Source: Eledone cirrhosa (Eukaryota). From it: DNA of 64,000 nt. Position 1 is the first letter of the stretch; the number at the start of each line of letters is the position of its first letter. Positions 43,286 to 57,648 of the stretch are shown piece after piece. The notes under the pieces were generated by a model. That model saw nothing but the letters and a program-made list of their open reading frames with translations, was not told the DNA's origin and searched no databases. The stretch covers positions 14,880,001 through 14,944,000 of the forward strand of contig OZ024747.1 in NCBI GenBank assembly GCA_964016885.1, read 5' to 3'. Made by a program: the position numbers and the translations under genes.

Positions 43286-43323
<38 letters not shown>

Positions 43324-43355
43324 AACACACATACATATAAATATACATAGATATA

Positions 43356-43420
<65 letters not shown>

Positions 43421-43434
43421 GTGCATACATACGC

Positions 43435-43499
<65 letters not shown>

Positions 43500-43577
43500 C
43501 GCATACATATACACATATATATTTATATACATGTATTCATACACATATATACATATATATACATATATATACATACA

Positions 43578-43612
<35 letters not shown>

Positions 43613-43684
43613 GCATACATATATATATACATATATATTTATATACATATATTCATACACATATATACATATATATACACATAT

Positions 43685-43758
<74 letters not shown>

Positions 43759-44361
43759 GTGTATGCAAATACAAACGTTCTGATTTCTGTGTATTATCTG
43801 TTTCTATCCTGCTGCCTATTGACATAACCGATTACTTGCTATTGAACGACTTAGCAGACGATACAGAGAAACAATTCAAAGTCTTGTTTTCTGTATCCTC
43901 TATTTCTCTCAATATATTATATGTTTTGTTGGCTTTTTGTATCATATTCATACTTTGAAGTTGTTTGCAAGAAAAGGTTACTTCCATTCCTCATCACTTC
44001 CTTCTAAACAACATGCTACCTTCGTCGACAGGATATTTCACTTAACCTAACAATCATTTTATAAATTCTTTTCATTTAAAATATTCCTCTTCATCCCCGC
44101 AACGATTTCAGAGTTGTTTTTCTTCTATTCAAGTAAATTTGAAAATATTAAAAGTATTCTATTATTTCCCTTTCAAACTTTTTATAATGTTATCATTGTC
44201 ATGAATCTCCTCCATTATTTTCGTGTCTTGAAAACCATTATCAAATACGTTTTTTTCCATTTGTTTCCAACATTCTATTTTCTTTTCCATGAAAATGTCT
44301 ACTTCTACTTAAAATAATCTACTAACAAAATCTTTTTGTCTTTTGTTTTGTTACAATATAA

Positions 44362-44443
<82 letters not shown>

Positions 44444-44454
44444 GTATGTATATA

Positions 44455-44498
<44 letters not shown>

Positions 44499-44532
44499 GT
44501 TGTGTGTATATATGCATATTTTTGTGTATGTA

Positions 44533-44586
<54 letters not shown>

Positions 44587-44635
44587 ATACATGTATATAT
44601 ATGTGGTTGTGTGTATATATGCATATATTTGTGTA

Positions 44636-44687
<52 letters not shown>

Positions 44688-44698
44688 CACACACACAC

Positions 44699-44803
<105 letters not shown>

Positions 44804-45146
44804 AATATATACATATATATATATATTTCTTAAATATAATATATACATATATATATATGCTTTTGGAAGACGTCTGTCGCGATTAATATTGCCAGTTCAA
44901 TGTTTGTTTACTCGTCTACTGAATAATCGACAATATAGCTCCATGCTTTTTGATATGAAGTTGTTTTCCCCTATGTTGTATTTATTTACAAACATAAAAA
45001 AACAAACACCTATTAAACATACATAGCTATGACCTATATGCATATACACCTATACATACATATATGTATATATCTTCTTCTTCGCCCACTTATTACTGAA
45101 TGGATCGTCGGGCATATATATATATATATATATACATACATACATA

Positions 45147-45225
<79 letters not shown>

Positions 45226-45705
45226 ATGTGTGTGTGTCTGTATGCGTGAGTATGTGAGTGTTCTCGGGTGCTGTTCTTTTTATTTCTATTATATATATGC
45301 ACACATAAACACTTACATATAAATATATATATATATCTGTGTGTGTGTGTGTATGTGTATTTATGTATATATATACATAGATACATAGATACATATATTC
45401 ATACGTACATATATACGTACACACATACATACATACATTTATCATTTTCTCTGTAGTATCCATGCTTTCCTATTTGCTCGTGATTCCCCTATTTTTATAA
45501 ATATAAGGAATAAAAAATGATATTCAAGTGTTTATGAGCAAATATCAGATGTTGTATGTTTATCAGAAATTATATTTTTAACAATTTACAGAAAAAAAAC
45601 ACCGAGCAATTTCGTTTAAACTGTTTAAAAGCGTTTGTGCTTTTCATCATTATTCATATTGGCAACCTGATCTTCGTTCTCATTTTATAAATCATTATAT
45701 ATTAA

Positions 45706-46151
45706 TGGTGGATTGGCAGTATCGGTAGAGGGTCGGACGCCATGCTTTCCAGCATAGTTACGTCCCTTTACGATCTGAGTTCAAATCCCGCCGAGGTGGA
45801 CTTTGCCTTTCATCCATACGGGATCGATAAAATAAAGTACCAGCAATGCACTGGGTAATTTGCTGGCCTTGTGCCTAAAGTAGAAACAATTATATATTAC
45901 GGGGTCGATAAAATAAAGTACCAGTAATGCACTGGGCTAATTGCTGGCCTTATTTCTATCATCGGTGGATTGGCAGTGTCGGTAGAGGGTCGGACGCCAT
46001 GCTTTCCAGCATAGAGTTACGTGCCTTTACAGTCTGAGTTCAGATCCCGTCGAGGTTAACTTTGCCTTTCATCCTTTCGGGGTCGATAAAATAAAGTACC
46101 AGTAATGCACTGGATAATTGCTGGCCTTGTGCCAAAAGTAGAAATAATTAT
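45706..46151 (+). mobile_element. SINE S1 cluster (45706-45891, partial 45899-45951, 45964-46151)
   Basis: Three co-oriented units. Confidence 0.9.
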
Positions 46152-46593
46152 TAATCCTCTCAATGAATAGAAAGCTTTCTAATAACTAATGATTGCGTGT
46201 TTTAGGAAATAGCATTCATTCTCTTCCATTGTTATTTCCACCATACACACCCACACACACTCACACACACCCACACACATCCCCACATACCCAGACACAC
46301 ACACACACACACATATAATGCTGATATTACATATACAGACATTACACTGATACACAGACAGAGAGACTTCCGCTTTCCAACAAAGAATTATCTAGTCTCC
46401 CACCTATAGATATTATATTCTCAATCATAGTTATCTCACACACCCGAACATCTCCCAAACAGCTGGCATTTTGAGAGGGACTATGCGGCCTCACATGCGA
46501 CCCGAAAGCAGTCTTGTTCCGATTTCCAAAATCTTTGTTAGAGATCCTGCTCCTGTCCACCAGCTCATGTCCCCACTGCAGATCACAATAAAA

Positions 46594-47110
46594 ACTAACA
46601 TCACCACCACCACCACTACTACTACTACTACTGCTTCTGCTACTACTACTGCTACCATTACTACTACTACTGCTGCTACTACTACTACTACCACTACTAC
46701 TGCTACTAATATTACTACTACTACTACTACTACCATTACTACTACTACTGCTGCTGCTACTACTAATACTTCTACTACCACTGCTACTACTACTACTACT
46801 ACTACCATTACTACTACTACTACTGCTGCCTCTACTACTTCTACTAGCACTACTACTACTACCATTACTACTACTACTACTACTACTACTACCACTACTA
46901 CTGCTACTAATACTACTACTACTACTACCATTACTACTACTACTACCATTACTACTACTACTGCTACTACTACTACTTCTACTACCACTGCTACTACTAC
47001 TACTATTACTACCATTACTACTACTACTGCTGCTGCCTCTACTACTACTACTTCTACTACCACTACTACTACTACCATTACTGCTACTACTACTTCTACT
47101 ACTACTACGA
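46594..47110. repeat. imperfect (ACT)n trinucleotide array
   Basis: About 170 triplets with ACC/ATT/GCT variants. Confidence 0.95.
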
Positions 47111-48154
47111 CGTCGACAACGAGTTGCAGCCCCCCCCCCCCCCCCTCACACACACACAACACCAACCAGTCCACAACTTAGCCATGCTACACATTTTACT
47201 ACAGACCCTCGTCTCCACTTTTTGTATTATCAAAAGTTTTCCTTCTTTTGTTAAAATATTAAAGTATTTAAAATCTGTGATTTTCCTTTTAATTGTGTGT
47301 TGCCTTTGTATATTCTCACTTTTGTCTGTTTATTATTGTGATGATTATTCTTAGTATTATGATTGTTCCTACTGTTTTCTGCTGGGAACGGCCATGTGTA
47401 TGAGGGTACCGTTTGAAAGATAGGTTTTTCAGAATTACTAGATGAATAAAGTGGTTTTATTTTCATTTAAATAGCAATATTTAAACGTCCACCGTTTACC
47501 TGCAACGTAAATCCGTTTCCTCCTCAGGTATTTTTTACTTATATATATAACATTGTCATACCTAAATTTTGCTGTGTTTTAATTGTGGTTAAGACAGGCT
47601 CTCATCGGGGCCAGAATCGATAAGTCCTTTTATTTTATCACACATCTGTCCATCATTTCTCTTTTTACTTCCTGGATGGATTCCAAACCAGTATCCTATT
47701 TTAGATTGTCAATCTAACATTAATCAGGATATTACATGTCGTGTCAGCTTTGGCATTTTTTTCTGAAGTTGATCTCTGTGTCCGCGTAGACAGAAGTTAC
47801 ATTGTCTGATTCTCTCATTTATGGGCTTCCATACAGGCATGCATTCATTCGTTGTTTCAATATAAATACATATGTAGTAGCTAGAGAAGAAGATACCTCT
47901 AATAGTGGTAGTAGTAAATAAGCCTCGACTAACCTCAACTAAAATTTTGAAAATAATTGACGAAAATCTTGGTTGTTCTTTTCACTGTTTCCACATAGAC
48001 ACAGCTTACAGTTTTCAGAACAACTAAAACGTAATCAAAGGCAACAAAATTCACTTGAGCTAAACTCCACCAGCATTGTGGTCTGATGAGATAGACAGCG
48101 AGTAGTATAGGTGTATAGTTCCTAGCAGACGCTCTGTACGACAGCTCCATTCCA

Positions 48155-48206
48155 TGTTCGTCTGATGACCCTCTGATAAGTAGGCGAAACTCTAGAGTAC
48201 CAAGAC
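48155..48206 (+). ncRNA. hammerhead motif, family H
   Basis: CTGATGA c-cct-ctgataagt-agg-c GAAA ctctagag TA with palindromic ACTCTAGAGT. Stem I is decayed; ~90 nt before a (TA)n tract. Confidence 0.6.
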
Positions 48207-48287
48207 TGATTACTTAACTTTAATGAAATGAATATTTAATCTCTACTTCGGTAGTGAATACTCTATTCTCTCAACCGTCAACTACAT

Positions 48288-48319
<32 letters not shown>

Positions 48320-48322
<3 letters not shown>

Positions 48323-48761
48323 AAAGTTCTATTTAAATTGTTGGGATACAACAAGCAAATATTTTTATAACTGATATAAAGCACTCGACAAGTATTTGGA
48401 GTAAATATACGATATTAACAAATGGAAACTATATTTATAAAACCATATCTATTTTATTATACATATTTCAAGGATACCATGTTAAATTATGGTATGCTTG
48501 TCTTCCAAAAGTAACGGTCGCATTTTGAAAGGGTATGTCAATATTTATTTATAAAACTGGTATATATTGTATTTTGTCTGATGAAAGCATACCATAATTT
48601 AACTTGCTATCCTTGAAATATGTATAATGAAATAAATATGGTTTTATAAATATAGTTTCCATTTATTAATATCGTATATCTACTCCAAATATTTGTCGAG
48701 TGCTTTATATCAGTTATAAAAATATTTGCTTGTTGTATCCCAACAATTTAAATAGAACTTT

Positions 48762-48796
<35 letters not shown>

Positions 48797-48885
48797 GATA
48801 TTAAATTATGGTATGCTTTCATCAGACAAAATACAATATATAGCAGTTTTATAAATAAATATTGACATACCCTTTCAAAATGCGA
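48320..48885. mobile_element. family A fold-back (48320-48499 minus, 48517-48765 plus) plus extra minus fragment 48801-48885
   Basis: Homologous to 7590-7955; complete hammerhead at 48570-48634 (+). Confidence 0.88.
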
Positions 48886-48899
48886 CAGAAGGAAGATTT

Positions 48900-49390
48900 G
48901 TCTTCATATTTTTATTTCATTTTAAAAAAATCTGTTGCTGCTTCTATTATTTGTTGTTATATATATATATATAACAACAAATAATAGAAGCAGCAACAGA
49001 TTTTTTTAAAATGAAATATAAATATGAAGAAAGTAGTCCACATTGGAAAATCTGTTGCTGCTTCTATTATTTGTTGTTATATATATATATATATATATAA
49101 CAACAAATAATAGAAGCAGCAACAGATTTTCCAATGTGGACTACTTTCTTCATATTTATATTTCATTTTAGATGGTAACATATCTTTGTGTATATTCGAC
49201 GGTTATTTCTATCAAGTCAGTGCCACATTGGAAAATCTGTTGCTGCTTCTATTATTTGTTGTTATATATATATATATATAACAACAGATTTTCCAATGTG
49301 GCACTGACTTGATAGAAATAACCGTCGAATATACACAAAGATATGTTACCATCTAAAATGAAATAAAAATATGAAGAATGTAGTCCATGT
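48900..49390. repeat. chain of three (TA)n-centred palindromes
   Basis: AATCTGTTGCTGCTTCTATTATTTGTTGT-(TA)n-reverse complement, centred near 48965, 49088 and 49271. Confidence 0.9.
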
Positions 49391-50312
49391 TATAAATAAA
49401 CTGTGTGTGTCACAGCTAAATTACCCATGCATAGTTCGGATTTGTCTGTTAAACTTGAATGTGGTAGTGTCGACATGCCATTCGATTTAGTAGAAATAAT
49501 AACCAAATCTTCCTTCTGTCACACACTAGTGTCTTAAAAATACGGATAGAACGCATTGAATATACAGTCATAGATACAATACGACGAAAGAATCGATGAG
49601 GTAGTCAGGTCTGAAATGTTTTTGTTCTTACTGCTGCTCGAACAGGAAGGAAGAGCTAGGAATAAAGTTGAAAAACGACTGTAGATGATGAAAACAAAGC
49701 TGTCTAAGGGATCGTATCTCGTCAGATCGAATATGCAGTTTGTATCCATGTCCAAGCCACATCTCGCTTGTGGATTTTCCACTATTCTGCATAGTTACCA
49801 TCAGCTAGACATAGTTGGCTGCTTTAAGCAGCGAACCAAATGCTCTATCTACATTGATTGTTTTATGCATGTAAATTGCTGGCTTTAAACCTGTCAATAC
49901 TTCGTGAAAGGAACAATAAGCTACTTTAAAAACAATTACATAGAATCATCTAATGAATAAACAAACTGACCACCAGCCAACAAGCTGATGGTTCATATAA
50001 AATTACTGGTATTGTGCAGTCATGGAGATTGAATCTCAAGTAGTTCAGGATGGGATAAACTTATCAATTATTGCAGGTTGACATTGGGTCTATTTACTCC
50101 CGTACTTATTACAAAGAGTAAATGATGTTTCAGCTGAATTAATAGATTTTACTAAAAATGATATTCCAGTAGAATCATCGTAAGTCGGTAGAGCATAAAA
50201 CTAAACCAAATTTGTTCCATTTATATCATTGCGTTATTTATTTCGACACTTTGCATTGTATTCAAATACCCCCGATGTGAAATTTGCCTTTTATCCACCC
50301 CAGTCAAATAAT

Positions 50313-50510
50313 CGTTTCTTATATAGGCACAAGGCCATCCATTTTGGGGGAGGGGAAGTCAATTAAATCGACCCCAGTGCGTGACTGGTGCTTTATTTTA
50401 TCGACCCCTTAAGGATGAAACCTCGGCGGGATTTGAACTCAGAACGTCAAGGACCATAACTCTATCATGGTGTCTGATGCTCTACCGATACTGCCAAACC
50501 ACCGCCCTTC
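50313..50510 (-). mobile_element. SINE S1 variant nested in an older plus-strand SINE (~50255-50595)
   Basis: 15-bp TSD CCCCAGTCAAATAAT at 50298-50312 and 50511-50525. Confidence 0.85.
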
Positions 50511-53129
50511 CCCCAGTCAAATAATGGGATCGATTTAATATAGTTTGCCTTTCTGTTAAATTTGCTGGCCTTGTACATACATTAGGAATCGTTATTTGTT
50601 CCAGCTCCCTGCAAGCTGAAATCAAGTACCAGAAAAAGACAGAATTTATTCAGCAAAGTCGGGAGGAGTGCAGCTCGCTTGAAGAAGTAGCCCTGGGTTG
50701 TGTAATGACATGGATTGAGAGGTGCTGACTGTTCTACGTGAGAATAATGTTATCAACTTTTCCACGAGCCACGGCTGAGATGTACGGCCAACCAATAAGT
50801 GTAGAGTTTACCCCCCACTTTCCCTTAAAATATAGGTCCTTTCTTCCTCCATTTCCTTCTTTGTTTCTTTGGTATCTGTTTTTGTTTATTATCATTCTTG
50901 TATTAGTTTTATTGGAGTACGTCCTTGGGTTGCAACTATATGGCACCGTCTTCGGGTTACTAGATAGTCCTATCGACCTCACTACTTATTTCAATGATTT
51001 CAAGAAATCAAATAGGAAGACCTACACCGTAAAGAAACTAAAATTTACACACCACTATGCATGACTAAACAAAAGCATACACTCATATATAAACAAATAA
51101 ATCTATGTGCGTATGAGTGTATGTATGGGTGCATGTATATATATGTATATGTAGTTACATTTATTTATGTGTGTGTATGGATGTGCTTTTGAGTATGTCA
51201 TTAAATAATTATTATAGACAGTTGAAGAAATAAAAGCAAAAATTGACACCATTTATTTTCTGTTCACAAGTAAACATCGTGTAAAGAAAAACAAACCATT
51301 ATTTCAGAAACGTTTCAAAAGTAATTTTCAATCACGTTCTTTTATATGTTTGGTTTCTTGTTTAGCTTTTATGCAATTAAACTCTTAATGATTCAATTCC
51401 TCTTGTAAATTAGACTTTTAAAAACATGTTCATACAACTTTAATAAAAAACATATTAGATGATGATTTCACAACATAAGTTAACAATTTCATAAATTATA
51501 ACTTATCATTAAGGTCTGTGATTTATTTTATCATCGCCACTTGGGAAAGTATAGATTTCTCTGACATGCTTATAAGTTAACATATCTTTTAATATTGGAA
51601 ACAAAATAACATGGGAATCATACTTCTATAAAAAAGGTTTTAAACTATCTAATTTTTCTATTTTATCTATATTTTTATTAAGTATTTCTCTACAAAAAAC
51701 ATTCTTATTTCATCTCAAGGAATCAAAGTAACGGTTCAATTTATAAATTCTCTTTACATTTACTCAAGCAGAGTTTCAAATATGAAAGAATTTATATATA
51801 ACAATCTTCGATGTTTTTTTTGTTTTGTTTTTTTTTCTTTCTTCCTAAACATTAAAAATACTAGATCTTAGCAGTGGAAACTTGATTAACTGAAACCATA
51901 TCAACACGATACTCCGGAAGTCACTTTTATTTTGATATTTGATTATTTCTTTTGGGGATACTTTTCGTCATTCATTTTATTTTATTATTATTCCCTGACT
52001 CCTAATTGCCTGAAATTTTAGATTTCATAAAATTGTCGAAATTTCTTATTAATGAAATACACATAAATTGCACTTAGTTGCTCCAGTCATGAATCTGAAA
52101 TACATACACTTTATTATTGAAAATACAGGTTTTATATTCTGTTTTTATGATGTACTGTGAAGAAAGACGATTGGTGTAGGAAAATGTGGAAGAAATCACG
52201 ATTGATGTGTTGCTGTAACAGGAAGCAAAACATCAAGATATCAAATTATCCTCAGACTGAACACCTGCTTAGGATACTGGTAACAGAAAGAGCCAAGATG
52301 TTGTGTTAAAATATGTGACGAACTAAGTTTACTACCCAGGGTAGAGTTCATTTATTTATTTATTTGTTCATTTCATATTACAGTTACTGAACAATAGTGT
52401 CGTTGGTTACAAGTTGGTTTTCAAGTTGTCAATCACTAATTACTGGATGTATTTTGTTGGAGGTGACTACAGAGTGTCTGCAGCTTAATACAGAACATAT
52501 TTCACAAATGATTTCGGAATAGAGGTGTCTCTTCTCAAATATATGTGTGCATTTAATAAAATTCAATCTGTTGAAAGCATTTGGGCCAGGTTTCTGGGGT
52601 GGGTATACCTTTCTTTTTCTACCACTCTTGAAGGTTCTGAAATGTGTAACAAGCACAACCCCTTCCATCACTGACTACACAGTAAACAATTTCAATTAGT
52701 TAAAGAAGCAACAAAGTGAGAAGATAATTTAAGTTAGTGTATGAAATCTTATTTATTTTATAGTTGAAATGTTTGTATCTTGAATTAACTAATTTTGCTA
52801 TTGATTTGATTCATACATAACATAATTTATCTTCTGGTGTTCACACTGACACAAGCGTCTAAACGTTACAGTGTGTTTATTTACAATTTTAAGCATCTCG
52901 TGAGAAGTCGTATGGAAGCCAACGTGATGTCTAATAACAGTGACATTTGAAACCGATAGCTTTATCTGACATACGAATGATTAACGAAATATCCAGGCTA
53001 GAGTCACATATAATATAGAAAGTGAATGTATGCACAACAATTAAGGCTTATTCTACGTGATCGATTGACCGATAGATATAGCACTTTCATATTCCTGTCA
53101 ACTTAAAAACGAAAATACGCACTGGCTGG

Positions 53130-53461
53130 TGAGGTCCTTGATAAGGTATGTTATATAAAAAAAATGAAAGGTCAGAGGCGGTATATCTAGGTTCATAGGT
53201 TCGTTTGATCTACCCTGACCTGAAGTTAAAAAACTAGAGTGACTATATATAAATGGTTGTTTTGATGTCTAGACTGAGATAAAGCAAACATGGGTTAATG
53301 AGGTCCTTCATAAGGTAGGTTATATAAAAAAAAGACTGGAAGGTCAGAGACGGTATGTCTAGGTTCATAGGTCCATTTGATCTACCCTGACCTATAACTA
53401 AAAAACTAGAGTGACTATATATAAATGGTTGTTTTTATGTATAGCCAAGATAAAGCAAACA
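53130..53461. repeat. tandem duplication of a ~169-bp unit
   Basis: 53130-53290 versus 53299-53461, moderately diverged. Confidence 0.9.
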
Positions 53462-54509
53462 TATATCAACGGTATCCCACAGAGACTTTCGCAATCTTTA
53501 TCTATTGTTTTTTTCGGCACAGTATGTCGGCACAGTATTCAACATAGCATCTTGTTTAACGTCGTGGGCAAATAATTTAGCAACATTTTAGCTCTATATT
53601 TAAATGGTCGAGCAACAACTTATAGGCGTATTTGTCACATTGATACAAATAGGTTATAAACCTATATAATGTGATTTCAAACGCCGCACAATGAAATCTC
53701 CTATACACATAGATATGTAACCGTCGATAGCTGATTTTTATATTCACAATTTTCTATGAATATATCAATGCTTTCTTTAGTAACTCTGAGATCTATAAAG
53801 GTTTATAACTTCCCAATGTATATGTCATTTTATCAAACTCATTCAACTGTAAAACCTCCCGCACTCAGATATTCTTATAAACGTTGTTCTGAAAATGTTG
53901 AACATATGAAAGCTTCTAATATTTTATTCGTTCTTTAGAAAAATTCGCTTTTTACGCACTTATAATAGAAGTTATGTTTTAAATGCAATATCTACGTTGA
54001 TTTCACAATATGACCGTAAACAATAACAATAGGCCTCGAAACTATAACTTCTACACTAACATCAGTTTGTTGTATGGTAAAAACCTCTCGCACGCACACA
54101 CGTACAGCCACAACTACATACACACCACACTACACACAGACGCACACATACAAATATATATAATGTAAATGTGTGTAGCCATATACATATATGTAAATGC
54201 GTATGTATCTAAATATATGTATGTGCGAGTATGTGTGCGTGTGTGTGTATGAGTGTGTAAGTATCTGATTCACCTCTCTGGTTCGACGATGAATATGCCA
54301 GTTGTTTTATCAACCGAAATATCTACTCGTTGAATTGCAGTACAAATGGTTTAATATTCCGCGGATACTTGTACATTTATTGTCATGGTCACACAGAATC
54401 AGGTTTTTTAAATGTGCAAGACATCCAATAGGCTACTGCAATGTTTCGGTCTACTAAATTTCAGTCCCACGTTTTTGTCGATCTTAGGTTATGGTAAACC
54501 CTCGAGACC

Positions 54510-55035
54510 TCATAATTACAGAACAAACTTCTAAACAACTCCACCATACTTCCGTTATGCTTATAAGCAAAAGGAGCACTGTTATGGCATTTATTCTCAG
54601 GCGGCTCCAGAAGTCCTCTGGAAAAAGGATTGAATGAGAGATTTCCTGACCTTGTCAAATCGGTCGACATCATAAGCATGAAAGCGCCCCCCTCCCTCAT
54701 ACTCCCAGCAAGCCAGCTTCAGGAGAAATGCGTTGAACACAATTTAGACATGTACCAGGTATTTGTCGATCTGAGAAAAACTGTTGATACTGTTAACACA
54801 TATGCATTTTGGGAGGTTCTCTGTTAAGTTACTTATTATTGTTAGATCGTTCGATATGACATAATGGCTTCTGTTAATGCTGGAGTTAACATATCTGAGG
54901 CTATCTCAATGAATAAGGCAGTGAAGCAAGGTCATATTCAATCACAGATCCTATTTGCACTATAATTTGCAATGGTTACCTATATTGCATTCAAAATTTG
55001 CAAGCATAGTGTTTACATCCGCTATCGGAGCAATC
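54510..55035 (+). pseudogene. decayed RTE-clade reverse transcriptase fragment
   Basis: ASQLQEKCVEHNLDMYQVFVDLRKTVDTVN, AVKQG and VYIRYRS motifs with stops and frameshifts. Confidence 0.85.
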
Positions 55036-55657
55036 ACAACGTAAAATATGCTTTTGTGGCATCTCGAATCGCAAACGAGAAACTTAAAAGGGATGTCAGG
55101 AAAAGTATTGTTGTTACATTTCCAGATAGCAAAATTAATCCTATGTAGCTGACATCCGACGTCTGTGCAAGGCTCTGCTTCGTAAAAGCTGGACTTGGAT
55201 CCATATCTCCTGATAGAATTTAGTAGCACTATCTTGTTATACGGAGTGTGCTGGGCACTTTAAACCTTATCGAATCCACACCTTCGTATCTGAATACAGT
55301 CGATTTCGTCCAGAAATATAGAGTGTATTAGAAACAAAGTGGGAAAGAGATATAGAGAAAGTATCGACCACAGTATTTGATTAGAACGTTTGTTAACGAC
55401 GTTTAAATTATGAAAGATGAAGTTGACCACAACGAAATTTGAATTCAAAGCGTGCAAACTGGGAAAGAACACCACAAATATTCCATCCGACATTCTAACG
55501 ACTCTGCCTATTTGTCGCCACCGACATACAATGGTGTAGAGATATTTATAATGTACTTTTTATCATTAATCAAGCCAATCAAATTTATCACGGTGCTAAA
55601 CAACAAGAGCTTCAATCCAGCTATTGACTACGGCGTTAATAGATAAGTTTATATAAT

Positions 55658-55766
55658 TGTTTCTACGTTAGGCACAAGGCCAGCAATTAACCAGTGCATT
55701 ACTGGTACTTTATTTTATCGACCCCGTAAGGATGAAAGGCAAAGTTAACCTCGGCGGGATTTGAAC
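55658..55766 (-). mobile_element. 5'-truncated SINE S1
   Basis: 14-bp TSD TAAGTTTATATAAT at 55644-55657 and 55767-55780. Confidence 0.9.
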
Positions 55767-56114
55767 TAAGTTTATATAATACAAACAGTATTTTTTTTAT
55801 TGCCACTCTACTGAATTAGTAAACATACAATAAATAGTTTGTTAGGTAGATAGATAGTAATAGATAGATATATTTCTTTATTTGCCACAAGGGCACAAAA
55901 AGGTGGGGACAAATACAGAGTGGGGTGTTTACATACAAGCATGTAAAAAAAAATAGAATTAATAAAAAATAACAAATAACATAGAACAAATAATAATTAA
56001 CAATTGAAATCCCCAATAGCGGGGAGTCGTTACACATGGGTTGTACACACCCCGAAAAAATGTAGGAGCATGAAGAGTGAGCGCTCCTTTCCTCTCTTCC
56101 TCTCTTTCCTCAAC

Positions 56115-57635
56115 CTACAGGTTTATATAGAGAGAAGGCCCAAACACTCGGGCCATCCTTGCCACATTCACCCACCTTTCGTAAAATTTGCTGGGGTGCA
56201 GCACCTCTCTCTCTAATTTGATTCTTCTTCTAAAATGATATTTGAAGAATCGAACCAGTTGTTCGCCGGATAGAAAGGTGTCTGACCTCAGCCCTTTCAG
56301 TCTCGTCCACCATATAACCTCTTTCACCATAGCCATTACACAGAGGAAAACCGACTCTCCTTCGTTTTTGAAGTAAGGTGGTGGTTTGATCGCAATAATG
56401 GACTCGGTGGTCAACCGGATCTGTCCCACCCGCGACAGTAGTCGTTCTGCGTAGCTCCACAGGTCGGTAACGCCAGGGCAGTGTACGAATGTATGCGCGA
56501 CAGTTTCCTCGTCCCGCACGCATCTCGGACAGATTTTTTTCGAAGGTCTAACCGAACAGACTGGCCAGTTCGTCTTCCTCTACGCCTACAGTTTCTCCTA
56601 GAGTGCCGTCGCACTTGCTGCGGACTAACCTTTTATAGAGTGACGAGGTGGAATCTCCAGTGATCGCCGGGTCCATTTGCCAGAGAACTGTGAGCGCCTG
56701 AGCACATTCAATGTGCCAGTCGCCCATTTTCCTCGGTCCTTGCTTGACCCAAGATTGCAGTTCGGCCAGCAAGACGAGTCGCGAAAAGAATCGCCTCACG
56801 AACGGGGCCCACACTGGTTGTTCGGTGAGGAAAACGTGGAGGTGCCGCAGCCTGAGTGCGTGTTTGCGCATCGTCAGCCACGGCAGCCCCAGCCCTCCAT
56901 TTGAAGGGTGTTGACAGCAGATGGATCTTCTCACCAAAGGAGCCCGCTTCTTCGAAAGGAATTGGAAGAGCACGCACCCAATTTTGGTGAGCATTTTACC
57001 TGGACAAGGCACGACGGCCAAGCAGTAGTAGATGAGGGACGCTACGAAAGCATTCGCCAACTTCGCTCGACCTTTCAAGGATAGTTTGCACTGGGCCTTG
57101 AGTAGATGTTGCTGCTGTGCATGACAGCAATCCAGCCCCTGAACACGGGTCCGAAGCTTGCCGCCGCGTGCACCGCATCCAGGTAACGATGGTCCACTCT
57201 ATCGAATGCCTTAGACTGATCCAAACTTATCAGTGCCCCACCGAAGCCGGGTTTACATCCTACTCTCTCTACGATGTATCACATGAGGTGGAGGTTGTCG
57301 TGTATGTATCTGGTCGGGATTGCACATGTATGCGCTTCTCCCACCAGGTTTTCGACGACAAGCGCCAGCCTCTTTGCTAGCACCTTGGCCAAAATCTGTA
57401 ACTCTGTGTTTGGCAGAGTTATGGGCCTGAAGTTACTAATGTCGTCCCCCTTGTTCTCGTCCTTCCTGACAAGCGTGACTACGCCCTTGGTCACAGAACT
57501 GGGAATTCTCCCGTTCTGCTGCCAGTTGCAGTAGACCGCTTCGGGGAGACCGGAGAACAAGTCGTAGGGTAGACCATCGAGACCTGGCGATTTGCGTTTG
57601 CCGCACTGGCTCAGCGCGTCCCCTACCTCTTCCTT
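56115..57635 (-). pseudogene. second, diverged 5'-truncated Tx1 ORF2 with internal deletions
   Basis: KSPGLDG…RPITL…; the QGCPLS/FADD region is missing at the ~57098 junction; ends ETVAHTFVHCP…LYINL*. Confidence 0.88.
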
Positions 57636-57648
57636 CATCCTTTTCCAC

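Noticed and set aside
43850-43900. Hairpin GATACAGAGAAACAA…TTGTTTTCTGTATC after CAGACGA
   Set aside because: No GAAA follows the stem, so it is not a hammerhead; an isolated small inverted repeat.
46471-47181. 236-aa Thr-rich ORF as a mucin-like exon
   Set aside because: It is explained by an (ACT)n microsatellite, the antisense frame is equally open, and there is no convincing start, signal peptide or neighbouring exon. It cannot be fully excluded without RNA data.
47505-47535. CTGAGGA-G-GAAA on the minus strand (also ~1205-1225) as hammerheads
   Set aside because: No stem II and no convincing stem I or III; likely chance matches.
48900-49390. CRISPR-like repeat-spacer array
   Set aside because: The repeats alternate in orientation around TA tracts, spacers are not unique, there are no cas genes and the context is eukaryotic.
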